From: Thermoanaerobaculia bacterium
Lineage (GTDB): Bacteria > Acidobacteriota > Thermoanaerobaculia > Multivoradales > UBA5704
Length of the DNA stretch: 64,000 nucleotides
NCBI GenBank assembly: GCA_045807625.1
Contig: JBJMHA010000085.1
Coordinates: 38,831-102,830, forward strand
Reading direction: 5' to 3'
Part shown: piece by piece, positions 38,501-45,140 of the stretch
Position numbering within the stretch: the first letter of the stretch is position 1
Layout: each line of letters opens with the position of its first letter
The notes under the pieces: model-generated
What the model was told of the DNA's origin: nothing
Seen by the model: only the letters and a program-made list of their open reading frames with translations
The model's database searches: none
Program-made: the position numbers and the translations under genes

Positions 38501-38976
38501 GAAAGCCTGGTGATCGACGGGGACTAACTTTACCACCCTTTGCAGGGGGTGATATACGTTGGTGGAGCACCTCAGTCGAAGATTTTTCTAATTCGAAGCC
38601 ACACACTCTTAGTGGAAGCCACCCTGTTATTGGTCTAGATAATGATGTCGAGGCGGCAGGCGACGGCCTCCAGAGTCTCGGAATCCCGATACCACTCCTC
38701 TGTCCTACCATTTGGTTGATGGCAACTTTGGGCCTTCGTCCGGGAGAGCCGTTTATACTCGACGCTGAGGATGGCCCTGGCCTTTCGCTCGTTATATGGC
38801 GTACGGATTACGACACCAGTGAGTACTATCTAACGCGCCCTCGTATTTGGGGAGCGGCGATCTTTATGCGGCAAGCTATGCTCGATCGACTAGTTGATGC
38901 GGTCGGTAGTGCTCTCAGCATTCGGGACTTCATCGTTGGTGACTTGGATCTAAGCTCTCCTGCGAGAGAGACTTAG
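32545..38976 (+). CDS. Giant (2143 aa) STAND-type P-loop NTPase with N-terminal nuclease-like domain and long helical C-terminal region; Avs/AVAST-like candidate anti-phage protein
   Basis: Single uninterrupted ORF in a ~53% GC island. N-term GYEYQDLLVACRLVDVL...HVDEKL...DLTTVDISGHRERIQFKH (restriction-endonuclease-fold-like, Cap4/DUF4297-like); Walker A VVGPPGQGKSW (~aa 314-324); Walker B ALLVDGIDH (~aa 402-410); then ~1600 aa of Leu/Ala/Arg-rich helical sequence. Confidence 0.85.
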   Translation: MLGLTAAHRGYEYQDLLVACRLVDVLLGTLVQVHVDEKLIPGDRFDDLTTVDISGHRERIQFKHTDNDDKPLTLATFTSDDRGLRLDRLIAAILTDRLGPGSHSKHHSFRVILRDKPPLDPRLTAVLAPTAVDPGPFIPAMPTIRLAFDAEALWKHVEQKSNIDSPPGEGYFGFLSNEEMPMLRADLEWACQHLIIEVAAPAASGDLTTPEIAERLLLMRVRTDVGAEAYPNVNRSAIDVAAAMIGAARAARQRRLIISSDELLRWAQLRHDFGAVSRAHPVDRSVEVLRTITVRKLAESTAELANIGGRLLVVGPPGQGKSWVCQQLLDELSSRGWLTSEHYCYLGDADGERLARVLAETVFGSLLGRLADADPRLVVDHRPRFAADEEALIGCLTRSLQYDPQRPVALLVDGIDHITRIRSRGGNFDPSLNLAEALSALALPKGSVLIVLSQPGVHLKPLEEAGATTLTIPGLDEIEIRSLAARLRVVPPIGMASYNGDRPLLETDEAVSEFLSALADRSAGNALYATYLCREALRQDSTPADPATIVRSFPPFDGTLESYYQYLHSTLGAESGWVADVIALIDFAVNRSELLEIRPDASHHIDKALEVLAPVLVERAAQGGVRIYHESFARFLRRPFQNDPIALGALLNLIAAWLERKGFFSDPRAFSSLLPTLTEAGRDAEVVTLIERGFVVRAVAAGFSASSINNNLATAIGSAARIKNWPAVARYVELSRAADAYQDERFDSSLVQFADIPMALLGPGVVSDRLLHNDRLVMPARSGLQMCAAVDELGAVAPWSQYMRGYLREAKADNTSYGAESDRKVALAWLRGRLRLSVLLESSEHQANLGSHDDDNDGEPNDREWNPASPLDWNRLVHWVNRRRLPAFDVVKAIYDTYGLPSVIKFIRMLDRPGDMYLALAELTMVNGAVDSTINARQWAINAASCGVVPGSAYRMLALGVDLSNLAILSVSDARDRLLSLTQDLQHRSAQWEGSSIGEWLDACAVAARRDLLGLNSAEALICGEGWYRCWLRFCVALVRAESAHVADQSVLALDALRCLTEDLNPFSGEPRSCDLYSIHGRIEDTIRRAMGLLNDSGWSEALLLLRGVSRSITTTIQGELGGPLPPSLLLRIALDGATPTRREVATDFVAEEIENGSARRYYSDLAEYRLLGSRLALASGERVEATRLWHEACEMLTAYGWHKDITIYELLDPLPALIAADPARSRNCVARVQPVCERVPIHTDGKGTRQVWERWWELLAKADPVALAHLAASRLLCECNDPNWLLHGALVDLWREWQERTDPIIAGALRLTLDIALDPRDPLALARLTDRINRGDSSCNELMALLLARADERPVEYSYSNSSELLAKDDARMAEFNLVAQQANLPQAMPVREFRDGASPSRSLRGAVRRSLSKAAFVFTDITACFPAGAVGLAYATRAWRSRPYDAPEANWSVDRFANIIGYRMIELINTGREGDMVASLLSLAEATRFYDQFGILRAVAEGLERHRQHRLAAMAYTLAWTRARNHGGWLRFGGETEIDSLHRATQLDHGLVLSVVADEVQRTVAGGYGTYGISQALIYGFGVGALSSCGTSSLDTAFGVWDEIFSVIASRAPRVHPSDDPDDTYTPPDPDDGTAAPGDLDAALALSTLAGLAHPAREKKRRTLLAVQLLLSERPTQSALAVDLALANLSDPATLTWLLRVVEQSGEPREIVVAKCQETLTRLATGPYLTIRALARRLLRGAEPPLPPPTPADRALVEDCSVDLWTPHGNNYEPLQPPGRNEEFLDLVAGLRLEEAESLLPGLRKGVLTRLSTAIHDETRQKRLRAQLDAFADRLGQQWPNAYLIPEQTVEEMLQLVATGGRAARIVKGNPSTDPVRWEDTLASKLLDDPMLPIRVEGCRQPRPLIPPPPALRDPIWSDVASEREQVLAATLTVESFDTAAIMAGGRFHGWRVIATVETRMVKHPDPNIRKELVAKRYRALEVRKPGDRRGLTLPPFAGGDIRWWSTSVEDFSNSKPHTLSGSHPVIGLDNDVEAAGDGLQSLGIPIPLLCPTIWLMATLGLRPGEPFILDAEDGPGLSLVIWRTDYDTSEYYLTRPRIWGAAIFMRQAMLDRLVDAVGSALSIRDFIVGDLDLSSPARET

Positions 38977-39055
38977 AGTTTTTCAAACGCCCTCCAGTCC
39001 AGCGGAGGTGCAGTCAAAAGGTGCCAGGCAACTTCCCAGACGGTAAGATCCCCCC

Positions 39056-39904
39056 ATGAAGCGAATCCTGGTCACCGGAGCCACCGGCACGATCGGCCGC
39101 CATGTGGTCTCCCAACTGCTGGCCACAGAGCCCCAAGTCCGCGCGATGACCCGCAACCCGGGCTCCGCAGGCCTGCCGTCTGGGATCGAGGTGGCGCGCG
39201 GCGATCTTACCGATCCCGCGAGCCTCGATGAGTGCCTGGAGGGCGTCGATTCGGTGTTCCTCGTGTGGACCGCCCCGGCCGATGCCTTCCCGGCCGCCTT
39301 GGACCGGATCGCCCGGCAGGCCCGGCGCGTCGTGCTCCTGACCTCTCCGCACAAGACGCCGCACCCGCTCTTCCAGCAGGCCAACCCGATGGCGGCGATG
39401 TATGCGGAGATCGAACGGCGGATTGAGGCGTCGGGCCTCCAGTGGACATTTTTGCGGCCGGGGATGTTCGCCGCCAACGCTCTGGCCTGGTGGGGACCCC
39501 AGATCCGTGCCGGAGGCGTCGTGCGCTGGCCCTATGGCGAGGCTCCGACGGCTCCCATCCATGAACGGGACGTCGCGGCAGTCGCGGTCCGCGCCCTGCT
39601 GGAGGACGGGCACGGCAGGGCGGAATACGTTCTGACCGGCCCCGAATCGTTGAGCCAGCGCGAGCAGGTGACCGCGATCGGCGAGGGGATCGGCAGGCCC
39701 TTGCGTTTCGAGGAGATCTCGTCGGAGGAGGCGCGGCGCGAGCTCCCCTTTCCAGCGTCCGCCCTGGACATGCTGCTCAAGGCCTGGGCCGCCGCCCTCG
39801 GGCACCCCGCGCTCGTTACCTCCACGGTCGAAGAGGTCACCGGAAAGCCGGCGCGATCGTTCCGGGACTGGGTGAGCGATCACACCGGAGAGCTCCGGGC
39901 ATAG
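39056..39904 (+). CDS. NAD(P)H-binding NmrA-like/atypical SDR family oxidoreductase
   Basis: MKRILVTGATGTIGRHVVSQLL (Rossmann GxxGxxG) ... family-typical layout, 282 aa. Confidence 0.8.
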   Translation: MKRILVTGATGTIGRHVVSQLLATEPQVRAMTRNPGSAGLPSGIEVARGDLTDPASLDECLEGVDSVFLVWTAPADAFPAALDRIARQARRVVLLTSPHKTPHPLFQQANPMAAMYAEIERRIEASGLQWTFLRPGMFAANALAWWGPQIRAGGVVRWPYGEAPTAPIHERDVAAVAVRALLEDGHGRAEYVLTGPESLSQREQVTAIGEGIGRPLRFEEISSEEARRELPFPASALDMLLKAWAAALGHPALVTSTVEEVTGKPARSFRDWVSDHTGELRA

Positions 39905-39933
39905 AATCTCGACCCGACCAGGGAGGTGAGCCG

Positions 39934-40301
39934 ATGAGCGTTCCCAGACTGTCCGCCGTGCTTCTCAACGCTACCATCCTCGTCGCCGGGCTGAGCCAGG
40001 CGACGCTGGCCTTCGCCCAGGGCGCGCCGCCTGCCGCGCCTCCGTCTTCCACGGCGGCTCCGAAGGCGGCCCCGGTCCCCCCGGCATCCGCGCGAGACGA
40101 GAGCCTGCCTCCCTCCGAGGGGCAGGCCAAGGCCGCGCTGGAGAAGTCGCCTCGCTGGGGAAGGCCTACGAGCCCCACGTCTACGACGGCGCCGGTCACG
40201 GCTTCCTGCGGGCCCAGGACGACCGCGCGGGCGCCAACCTCAAGGCGGTGCAGAGCGCTTGGCCGCGCACGGTGGCCTTCCTGCGCGAGCACCTGAAGTG
40301 A
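39934..40301 (+). pseudogene. Dienelactone hydrolase-family gene remnant with internal deletion/frameshift
   Basis: Frame 1 encodes signal peptide MSVPRLSAVLLNATILVAGLSQATLAFAQG...; another frame ending at 40301 encodes GEVASLGKAYEPHVYDGAGHGFLRAQDDRAGANLKAVQSAWPRTVAFLREHLK*, the conserved C-terminus of DLH. Only ~120 codons total vs ~250-290 expected. Confidence 0.5.
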
Positions 40302-40741
40302 TGGAAGCCTTTGAGGTCAAGGAGCCTGACACGGGCGAACTGATCGCGATGATGCGGGATTTCTACGCGGAGCTCGGGGAACCCTTCGACAAAAATCGCG
40401 CGGAGCGGGCGTTGCGGGCTCTGTTGGAAGACCCGTCCCATGGCGCGGTCTGGGTGTTTCGCGAGGACGGCCGCGCGAGCGGGTATCTCGTCGTCACCCA
40501 TGGCTACAGCTTGGAGTTTGCTGGGCGTATCGCGGTCGTCGACGAGGTGTACGCGGTGCCGGAGACGCGCGGCCAGGGGATCGGCGCTCAGGCGCTCGCC
40601 TTGGCGGAAGAGCACTGCCGCCGCAATGGGATCGAAGCGCTGCGCCTGGAGGTGCATCATGAGAACCATCGCGCCCTGGCTCTCTACGAGCGAAATGGAT
40701 TCGAGGCACACGACAGGTACCTGATGACGAAGTGGTTGTAA
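40301..40741 (+). CDS. GNAT family N-acetyltransferase
   Basis: From ATG 40301 (MEAFEVKEPDTGEL...); acetyl-CoA motif RGQGIGAQALALAEEHCRRNG, ...LEVHHENHRALALYERNGF. Confidence 0.8.
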   Translation: MEAFEVKEPDTGELIAMMRDFYAELGEPFDKNRAERALRALLEDPSHGAVWVFREDGRASGYLVVTHGYSLEFAGRIAVVDEVYAVPETRGQGIGAQALALAEEHCRRNGIEALRLEVHHENHRALALYERNGFEAHDRYLMTKWL

Positions 40742-40813
40742 CCTTTGGCGGCGGGTTGGCATAGGATGCCCCTGTAGTCGGGGTTTTTCCTTTAATCTTC
40801 AAAGGAGCGCACG

Positions 40814-41266
40814 ATGAGCCTTTCCAGAAAGTCCGCCGTCCTCCTCAGCGCCCTGCTGTCCTTGACATCGCTCGGCGTTGCCGGAGCCGCCGAGGCGCCG
40901 AAGACCGAGATCAAGGGCGCCGCGATCCTCGATCATCCGTGCGGCAAGGTCGCCGTCAAGCAGATGGGATTGATCCACGCCGGCAAGTTCGAGGAGGCCA
41001 ACAAGCTCACCTCGAAGGAGATGCAGGAGCAGTGGAAGGGCCTCTCCGCCAAGGACCGCGAGATGATGACCGGAATGATGAAGGAGATGTCGAAGTCCGA
41101 GGCGGATTTCGCGAAAGACATCAAGGCTTCCGGGGTCCTGGTCATCGAAGGCAACAAGGGAACGCTGACGATCGAGCAGAAGCACAAGGACGACAACGGG
41201 TCAAGCACCGAGAAGATGACCCAGCGCTATACGATCGACGGCGACAAGTGCCTGATCTCGCGGTAG
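40814..41266 (+). CDS. Secreted protein of unknown function (Lys/Glu-rich, lower GC)
   Basis: Signal peptide MSLSRKSAVLLSALLSLTSLGVAGAA; 150 aa; no recognisable domain. Confidence 0.6.
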   Translation: MSLSRKSAVLLSALLSLTSLGVAGAAEAPKTEIKGAAILDHPCGKVAVKQMGLIHAGKFEEANKLTSKEMQEQWKGLSAKDREMMTGMMKEMSKSEADFAKDIKASGVLVIEGNKGTLTIEQKHKDDNGSSTEKMTQRYTIDGDKCLISR

Positions 41267-41292
41267 ATGGGCCGGAAGGCGAAGATCCCGTA

Positions 41293-41910
41293 ATGGCCCG
41301 GAGCGCGGCTGAGGAGTACTTCGCCAGAGAGTTCGAGCCCGCGATCCCGGGCTACCGCTCGCGGAAGGCCGGGGACCGCGATCTGCTGTCCATGACCAAG
41401 GTGGCGCTCCTGGAGGCGGTGGAGACCGTGGAGGATCTCCCGCGATCCCACTGGGTCTGGCAGCCCGGCTATGCGGTCCAGACCGTGAACGTCTACCGCA
41501 TCCGGGATCTCTGCACGTTTCGCTTGCGCGAGAATCCCCTGGACGAGCGGGCCTTGTGGACGCGGATTGGGCTCGCCCTGCAGTGCCCGCCGGACGATTT
41601 CGACCGCGACGCCTTCGACAGGCTCCGGAAACTGGATGGCTTCGAGGTGTGCTGGCCGGTCTACGCGGCCTGCTTCATTCAGCAGGCCTGGGCGGCCTCG
41701 CAATCGGTGGGGCTGGGGAAATTCCTGCGAGAGGCGGGGCTCCTCGCCGCGGCCGGTCCGGTCCTCGCGGCCATCCGGGAGCGCCGGGATCCTTATATCG
41801 ACGTCTTTGAATCGGAAGAGCTCACGAGAGAATATGCCGCCGAGTGCCTGGAGATCGCGCTCTGGGAGCCCCCGGCCGATGAGGAGAGCCATGGACGAAG
41901 AGACCCGTAA
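41293..41910 (+). CDS. Hypothetical protein
   Basis: Internal ATG of ORF 40939..41910 (MARSAAEEYFAREFEPAIPGYRSRKAGDRDLL...); start of ORF is inside previous gene so trimmed; overlaps downstream deaminase start. Confidence 0.55.
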   Translation: MARSAAEEYFAREFEPAIPGYRSRKAGDRDLLSMTKVALLEAVETVEDLPRSHWVWQPGYAVQTVNVYRIRDLCTFRLRENPLDERALWTRIGLALQCPPDDFDRDAFDRLRKLDGFEVCWPVYAACFIQQAWAASQSVGLGKFLREAGLLAAAGPVLAAIRERRDPYIDVFESEELTREYAAECLEIALWEPPADEESHGRRDP

Positions 41911-42361
41911 CGATCCCGATTTCGAGCTCATGACGGCCGCTCTGGAGCAGGCGGAGAAGTCCTACCGGGAAGGGGGGCTGCCGATCGGCGCGGTGATGGT
42001 CGAGGACGGCCGGATCGTGGCGCGGGGCCACAACAAGCGGGTCCAGGAGGGGGACCCCATCGCCCATGGGGAGATGGACTGCCTGCGCAACGCTGGCCGG
42101 CGCCGCCGCTACGACAACGTCACCCTGTACACCACCCTGAGCCCCTGCATGATGTGCTCGGGGACGGTCCTCCAGTTCGGCATCCCCCGGGTGGTCGTGG
42201 GGGAGGACGTGACCTTCCCGGGCAATCCCGACTTCCTGCGCCAGCACGGGGTCGAGGTGCGGCTGCTGAACGATGAGCGGTGTAAGCAGCTGATGGAGCG
42301 CTTCATCCGAGAGAAGCCGGAGCTCTGGGACGAGGACATCGCGGGACGGGAGCGGGTGTAG
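41891..42361 (+). CDS. Nucleoside deaminase (CMP/dCMP-type zinc deaminase; TadA/guanine deaminase-like)
   Basis: From ATG 41891: MDEETRNDPDFELMTAALEQAEKSYREGGLPIGAVMVEDGRIVARGHNKRVQEGDPIAHGEMDCLRNAG...TLYTTLSPCMMCSGTVLQFGI: H(A)E and PCxxC zinc motifs. Confidence 0.8.
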   Translation: MDEETRNDPDFELMTAALEQAEKSYREGGLPIGAVMVEDGRIVARGHNKRVQEGDPIAHGEMDCLRNAGRRRRYDNVTLYTTLSPCMMCSGTVLQFGIPRVVVGEDVTFPGNPDFLRQHGVEVRLLNDERCKQLMERFIREKPELWDEDIAGRERV

Positions 42362-42366
42362 GAAGC

Positions 42367-42570
42367 TCAGGTCTCTCCGATAACTCGGCCCAACCGGGCT
42401 CGTCCCTGAAGCCGCCGCATCTCGTCGACCGTCTCCTCCAGCCACTTGAGACGTTCTGAAGGAGTCAACCGCAACCCGCTCCGGATGTGATGGCGGCGGG
42501 TTCCGGCAAAATCCCAGACTTGGTCGGGACCAGCTTCCGTTTTTGGCTTTGAGGGCTCTCTCATGATCAT
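42367..42570 (-). CDS. Small protein (67 aa) co-encoded with nucleotidyltransferase, possible cognate partner
   Basis: ATG overlaps stop of upstream gene (ATGA, 42567-42570); ...LRLTPSERLKWLEETVDEMRRLQGRA. Confidence 0.45.
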   Translation of the reverse strand: MIMREPSKPKTEAGPDQVWDFAGTRRHHIRSGLRLTPSERLKWLEETVDEMRRLQGRARLGRVIGET

Positions 42571-43058
42571 TCCTCCGAGAGCTCGGAAAGCGCCGCGACG
42601 TCTTCCAGGTCCTGGACCCGTCCGGCGGCACGTTTCATCTCCATCAGGTCGTTACGCGAGACGACTGTAGCCTCGACTCCCTCGAGAGGTACCCTGAGAG
42701 CGCGGCGGTACACCACCTCGAAGTCGAAGGGCTCCCGAACAAACAAATCGACGGCAAATCCTGGATGAGCCGGGTGCCATAGCGAAAAGACCTTCATGTT
42801 TTTCTCGCGGAACCAAGTCTCACGATTCTCAGGATTGGCAAAGGAGCTCATCGGAACCGGTGCTTGGGGAGTGAATCCTAAGGCTTCGAAGGCCTTCAAA
42901 GCTCTCTCCAAGTTATTGCGATCGAGGTGAAGGACCAGATCCAGGTCTATGGTCGTGCGAAGATATCCATGGAGCACGACAGCAACTCCGCCGACCACCA
43001 GATAGCGGACGTTCGCCTCTTCTAAGGCGGTCAGGATCCACTCAACTCTGCCGCTCAC
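42567..43058 (-). CDS. Nucleotidyltransferase-fold protein (minimal NTase, DUF6036/AbiEii-like)
   Basis: VRYLVVGGVAVVLHGYLRTTIDLDLVL contains the G[GS]...D.D signature of pol-beta-type NTases; 163 aa. Confidence 0.65.
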   Translation of the reverse strand: MSGRVEWILTALEEANVRYLVVGGVAVVLHGYLRTTIDLDLVLHLDRNNLERALKAFEALGFTPQAPVPMSSFANPENRETWFREKNMKVFSLWHPAHPGFAVDLFVREPFDFEVVYRRALRVPLEGVEATVVSRNDLMEMKRAAGRVQDLEDVAALSELSEE

Positions 43059-43200
43059 GGCGAGATTCTAACCCGGTCGGTCGCCGATCTCTTCAAGAAG
43101 AGAAATCCCCGTTGTCCCGTATCGTCATAGCGATACTCTAAGCAGATACGGTCCGCGGCCCGGTTGGCATTTCCACCCCCGTCCGTTTGTTCTCTATGCT

Positions 43201-45084
43201 TTGGCCATGTCGGACCACGAGCAGCTCGCAGAACGCATCCGGGCCCTGCCCGACCGCCCCGGGATCTACGTCTTCAAGGACGCCGAGGGGAAGGTGCTGT
43301 ACGTCGGCAAGGCGAAGTCCCTGCGCAAGCGAGCGTCGTCGTATCTGGTGCGGGACCATGAGCCGCGGCTGGCCGCGATGGTCTCCGAGGCGGTGGACCT
43401 GGAGTACGTGGTCACCGACTCCGAGTCCGAGGCGCTCCTGCTCGAGAACAACTGGATCAAGCGCCAGCGCCCCCGCTACAACGTCCTGCTGCGGGACGAC
43501 AAGACCTATCCCTATCTGAAGCTGACGATGCGGGAAGAGTTCCCCCGCATCGCCTTCACCCGCCGGATCTCGAATGACGGCGCCGAGTATTTCGGACCCT
43601 TCCTGCCCGGCGGCCTCGCCCGCAAGGCGATCAAGCTGGTGCAGAAGCTCTTCAAGGTGCGCGTCTGCCGGATCGAGGTGGACGGCTCCTGGGCCCGCCC
43701 GTGCCTCTACTACGACATGCACCGCTGCCTCGGGCCCTGCGTGGCGAAGCTCACTACCAAACAGGTCTACGACGAGGCGGTGGAGCAGGCGCGGCTGTTC
43801 CTCTCCGGGCGGACCGAGCCGCTGCTGAAGACCATCAAGCGGGAGATGTGGGAGGCCGCCGAGGCCATGGACTATGAGCGCGCGGCCCAGCTCCGCGACA
43901 CCCTGAACGAGGTCGAGGCGGTGAGCCAGCGGCGCAAGCTCTCCTCGGTGGACGAGGAGGACCTCGACGTCTATGGGGTCCACGTCTCGGGGGGCAACGC
44001 GGCCGTGGTCTCCCTGATCATGCGCGAGGGGCAGGTGCTCGACCGCCGGGAGCTGTTCTGGGAAGGGGTGGGGCACATCTCGCCGGAGCTCCTACTCTCC
44101 GAGGTGCTCCCCCAGATCTACGATCGCACAACCTTCATCCCCAAGGAGATCCACCTGCCGGTGCCGATCGAGGGGGAGGAGGCGCTGGTCGACTGGCTGT
44201 CGGAGAAGAAGGACGAGCGGGTCTATCTGCGCCTGCCGTCGCGGGGGCCGAAGGCGGAGCGGGTGAAGCTCGCCATGCACAACGCCGAGCTGGCCCACAA
44301 GCGCCGGTTCCGGGCTGGCGGAGTGGAATCCCCGGGCGCCTCCTCCCTGGAGAGGCACCTCGACCTCTCCGAGCCGCCGCGGCGGATCGAGGGTTTCGAC
44401 ATCTCCCACTTCCAGGGGGGCGAGACGGTGGCGTCGATGGTGGTCTGGGAGGAGGGGAAGATGCGGAAGGGGGAGTACCGCTCCTTCAACATCAAGGATC
44501 TCACCCAGCCGGACGACTTCGCGTCGATGCGCCAAGCGGTCGAGCGCCGCTACCGGCGGGTGCTGGAGGAGGTCGGCGCCATGCCGGACCTGATCCTCAT
44601 CGACGGCGGCATCGGCCAGCTCAACGCCGCGCTGGGAGCGCTGGCCGAGCTCGGAGTGGAGGAGACGTCGATCGTCTCGCTGGCCAAGCGGGAGGAGGAG
44701 ATCTACGTCCCGGGAGTGCCGGAGCCGCTCCGGCTGCGGCGGGACGATCCCGGCCTGCGGCTGCTCCAGGAGATCCGCGATGAGGCCCACCGCTTCGCCG
44801 TCTCCCGCCACCGTGCGCGCCGCTCGGCCCGCACCCTCCACAGCCGTCTCGACGAGCTGGCCGGCGTCGGCCCCCGCCGCCGCAAGCTGCTGATCCAGAC
44901 CTTCGGCAGTGTGCAGGGGGTGCGCGAGGCGCGGTTGGAGGATCTGCAGAACGTGCTCGGGACTCTGATGGGGCGGAAGATTTTTGAGCAGCTCCACGCG
45001 GAAGAGCCCTCATCACCCCAGCCCTCTTCTCCCGGCCCCTCCCTCCCTCCCGCACCGGGAGAAGAGGGAGAAAAACAAAATTAA
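43201..45084 (+). CDS. uvrC: Excinuclease ABC subunit C
   Basis: GIY-YIG domain (PGIYVFKDAEGKVLYVGKAKSLRKR), UvrBC-interaction and endoV/RNaseH-like domains, C-terminal HhH; TTG 43201 or ATG 43207 start. Confidence 0.95.
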   Translation: MAMSDHEQLAERIRALPDRPGIYVFKDAEGKVLYVGKAKSLRKRASSYLVRDHEPRLAAMVSEAVDLEYVVTDSESEALLLENNWIKRQRPRYNVLLRDDKTYPYLKLTMREEFPRIAFTRRISNDGAEYFGPFLPGGLARKAIKLVQKLFKVRVCRIEVDGSWARPCLYYDMHRCLGPCVAKLTTKQVYDEAVEQARLFLSGRTEPLLKTIKREMWEAAEAMDYERAAQLRDTLNEVEAVSQRRKLSSVDEEDLDVYGVHVSGGNAAVVSLIMREGQVLDRRELFWEGVGHISPELLLSEVLPQIYDRTTFIPKEIHLPVPIEGEEALVDWLSEKKDERVYLRLPSRGPKAERVKLAMHNAELAHKRRFRAGGVESPGASSLERHLDLSEPPRRIEGFDISHFQGGETVASMVVWEEGKMRKGEYRSFNIKDLTQPDDFASMRQAVERRYRRVLEEVGAMPDLILIDGGIGQLNAALGALAELGVEETSIVSLAKREEEIYVPGVPEPLRLRRDDPGLRLLQEIRDEAHRFAVSRHRARRSARTLHSRLDELAGVGPRRRKLLIQTFGSVQGVREARLEDLQNVLGTLMGRKIFEQLHAEEPSSPQPSSPGPSLPPAPGEEGEKQN

Positions 45085-45140
45085 GCTTGAACAAGCCTTA
45101 TCAGACCGATCCGACGGATCCGTCGGATCGGTCTGATCAA
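44995..45140. repeat. Composite palindromic element (reverse-orientation copy of 11462-11596): CCCTCTTCTCCCGG/CCGGGAGAAGAGGG hairpin + AAAAACAAAA linker + perfect GATC palindrome TCAGACCGATCCGACGGATCCGTCGGATCGGTCTGA
   Basis: gccctcatcaccccagccctcttctcccggcccctccctccctcccgcaccgggagaagagggagaaaaacaaaa... is the reverse complement of 11517-11596; sits between convergent uvrC and GT39 genes; GT39 stop codon lies in the palindrome arm. Confidence 0.6.

Noticed and set aside
33953-38711. Numerous short minus-strand ORFs inside the giant gene (e.g., 36168..36461, 38076..38477)
   Set aside because: All are nested antisense ORFs within a single continuous 2143-codon frame with clear P-loop motifs.
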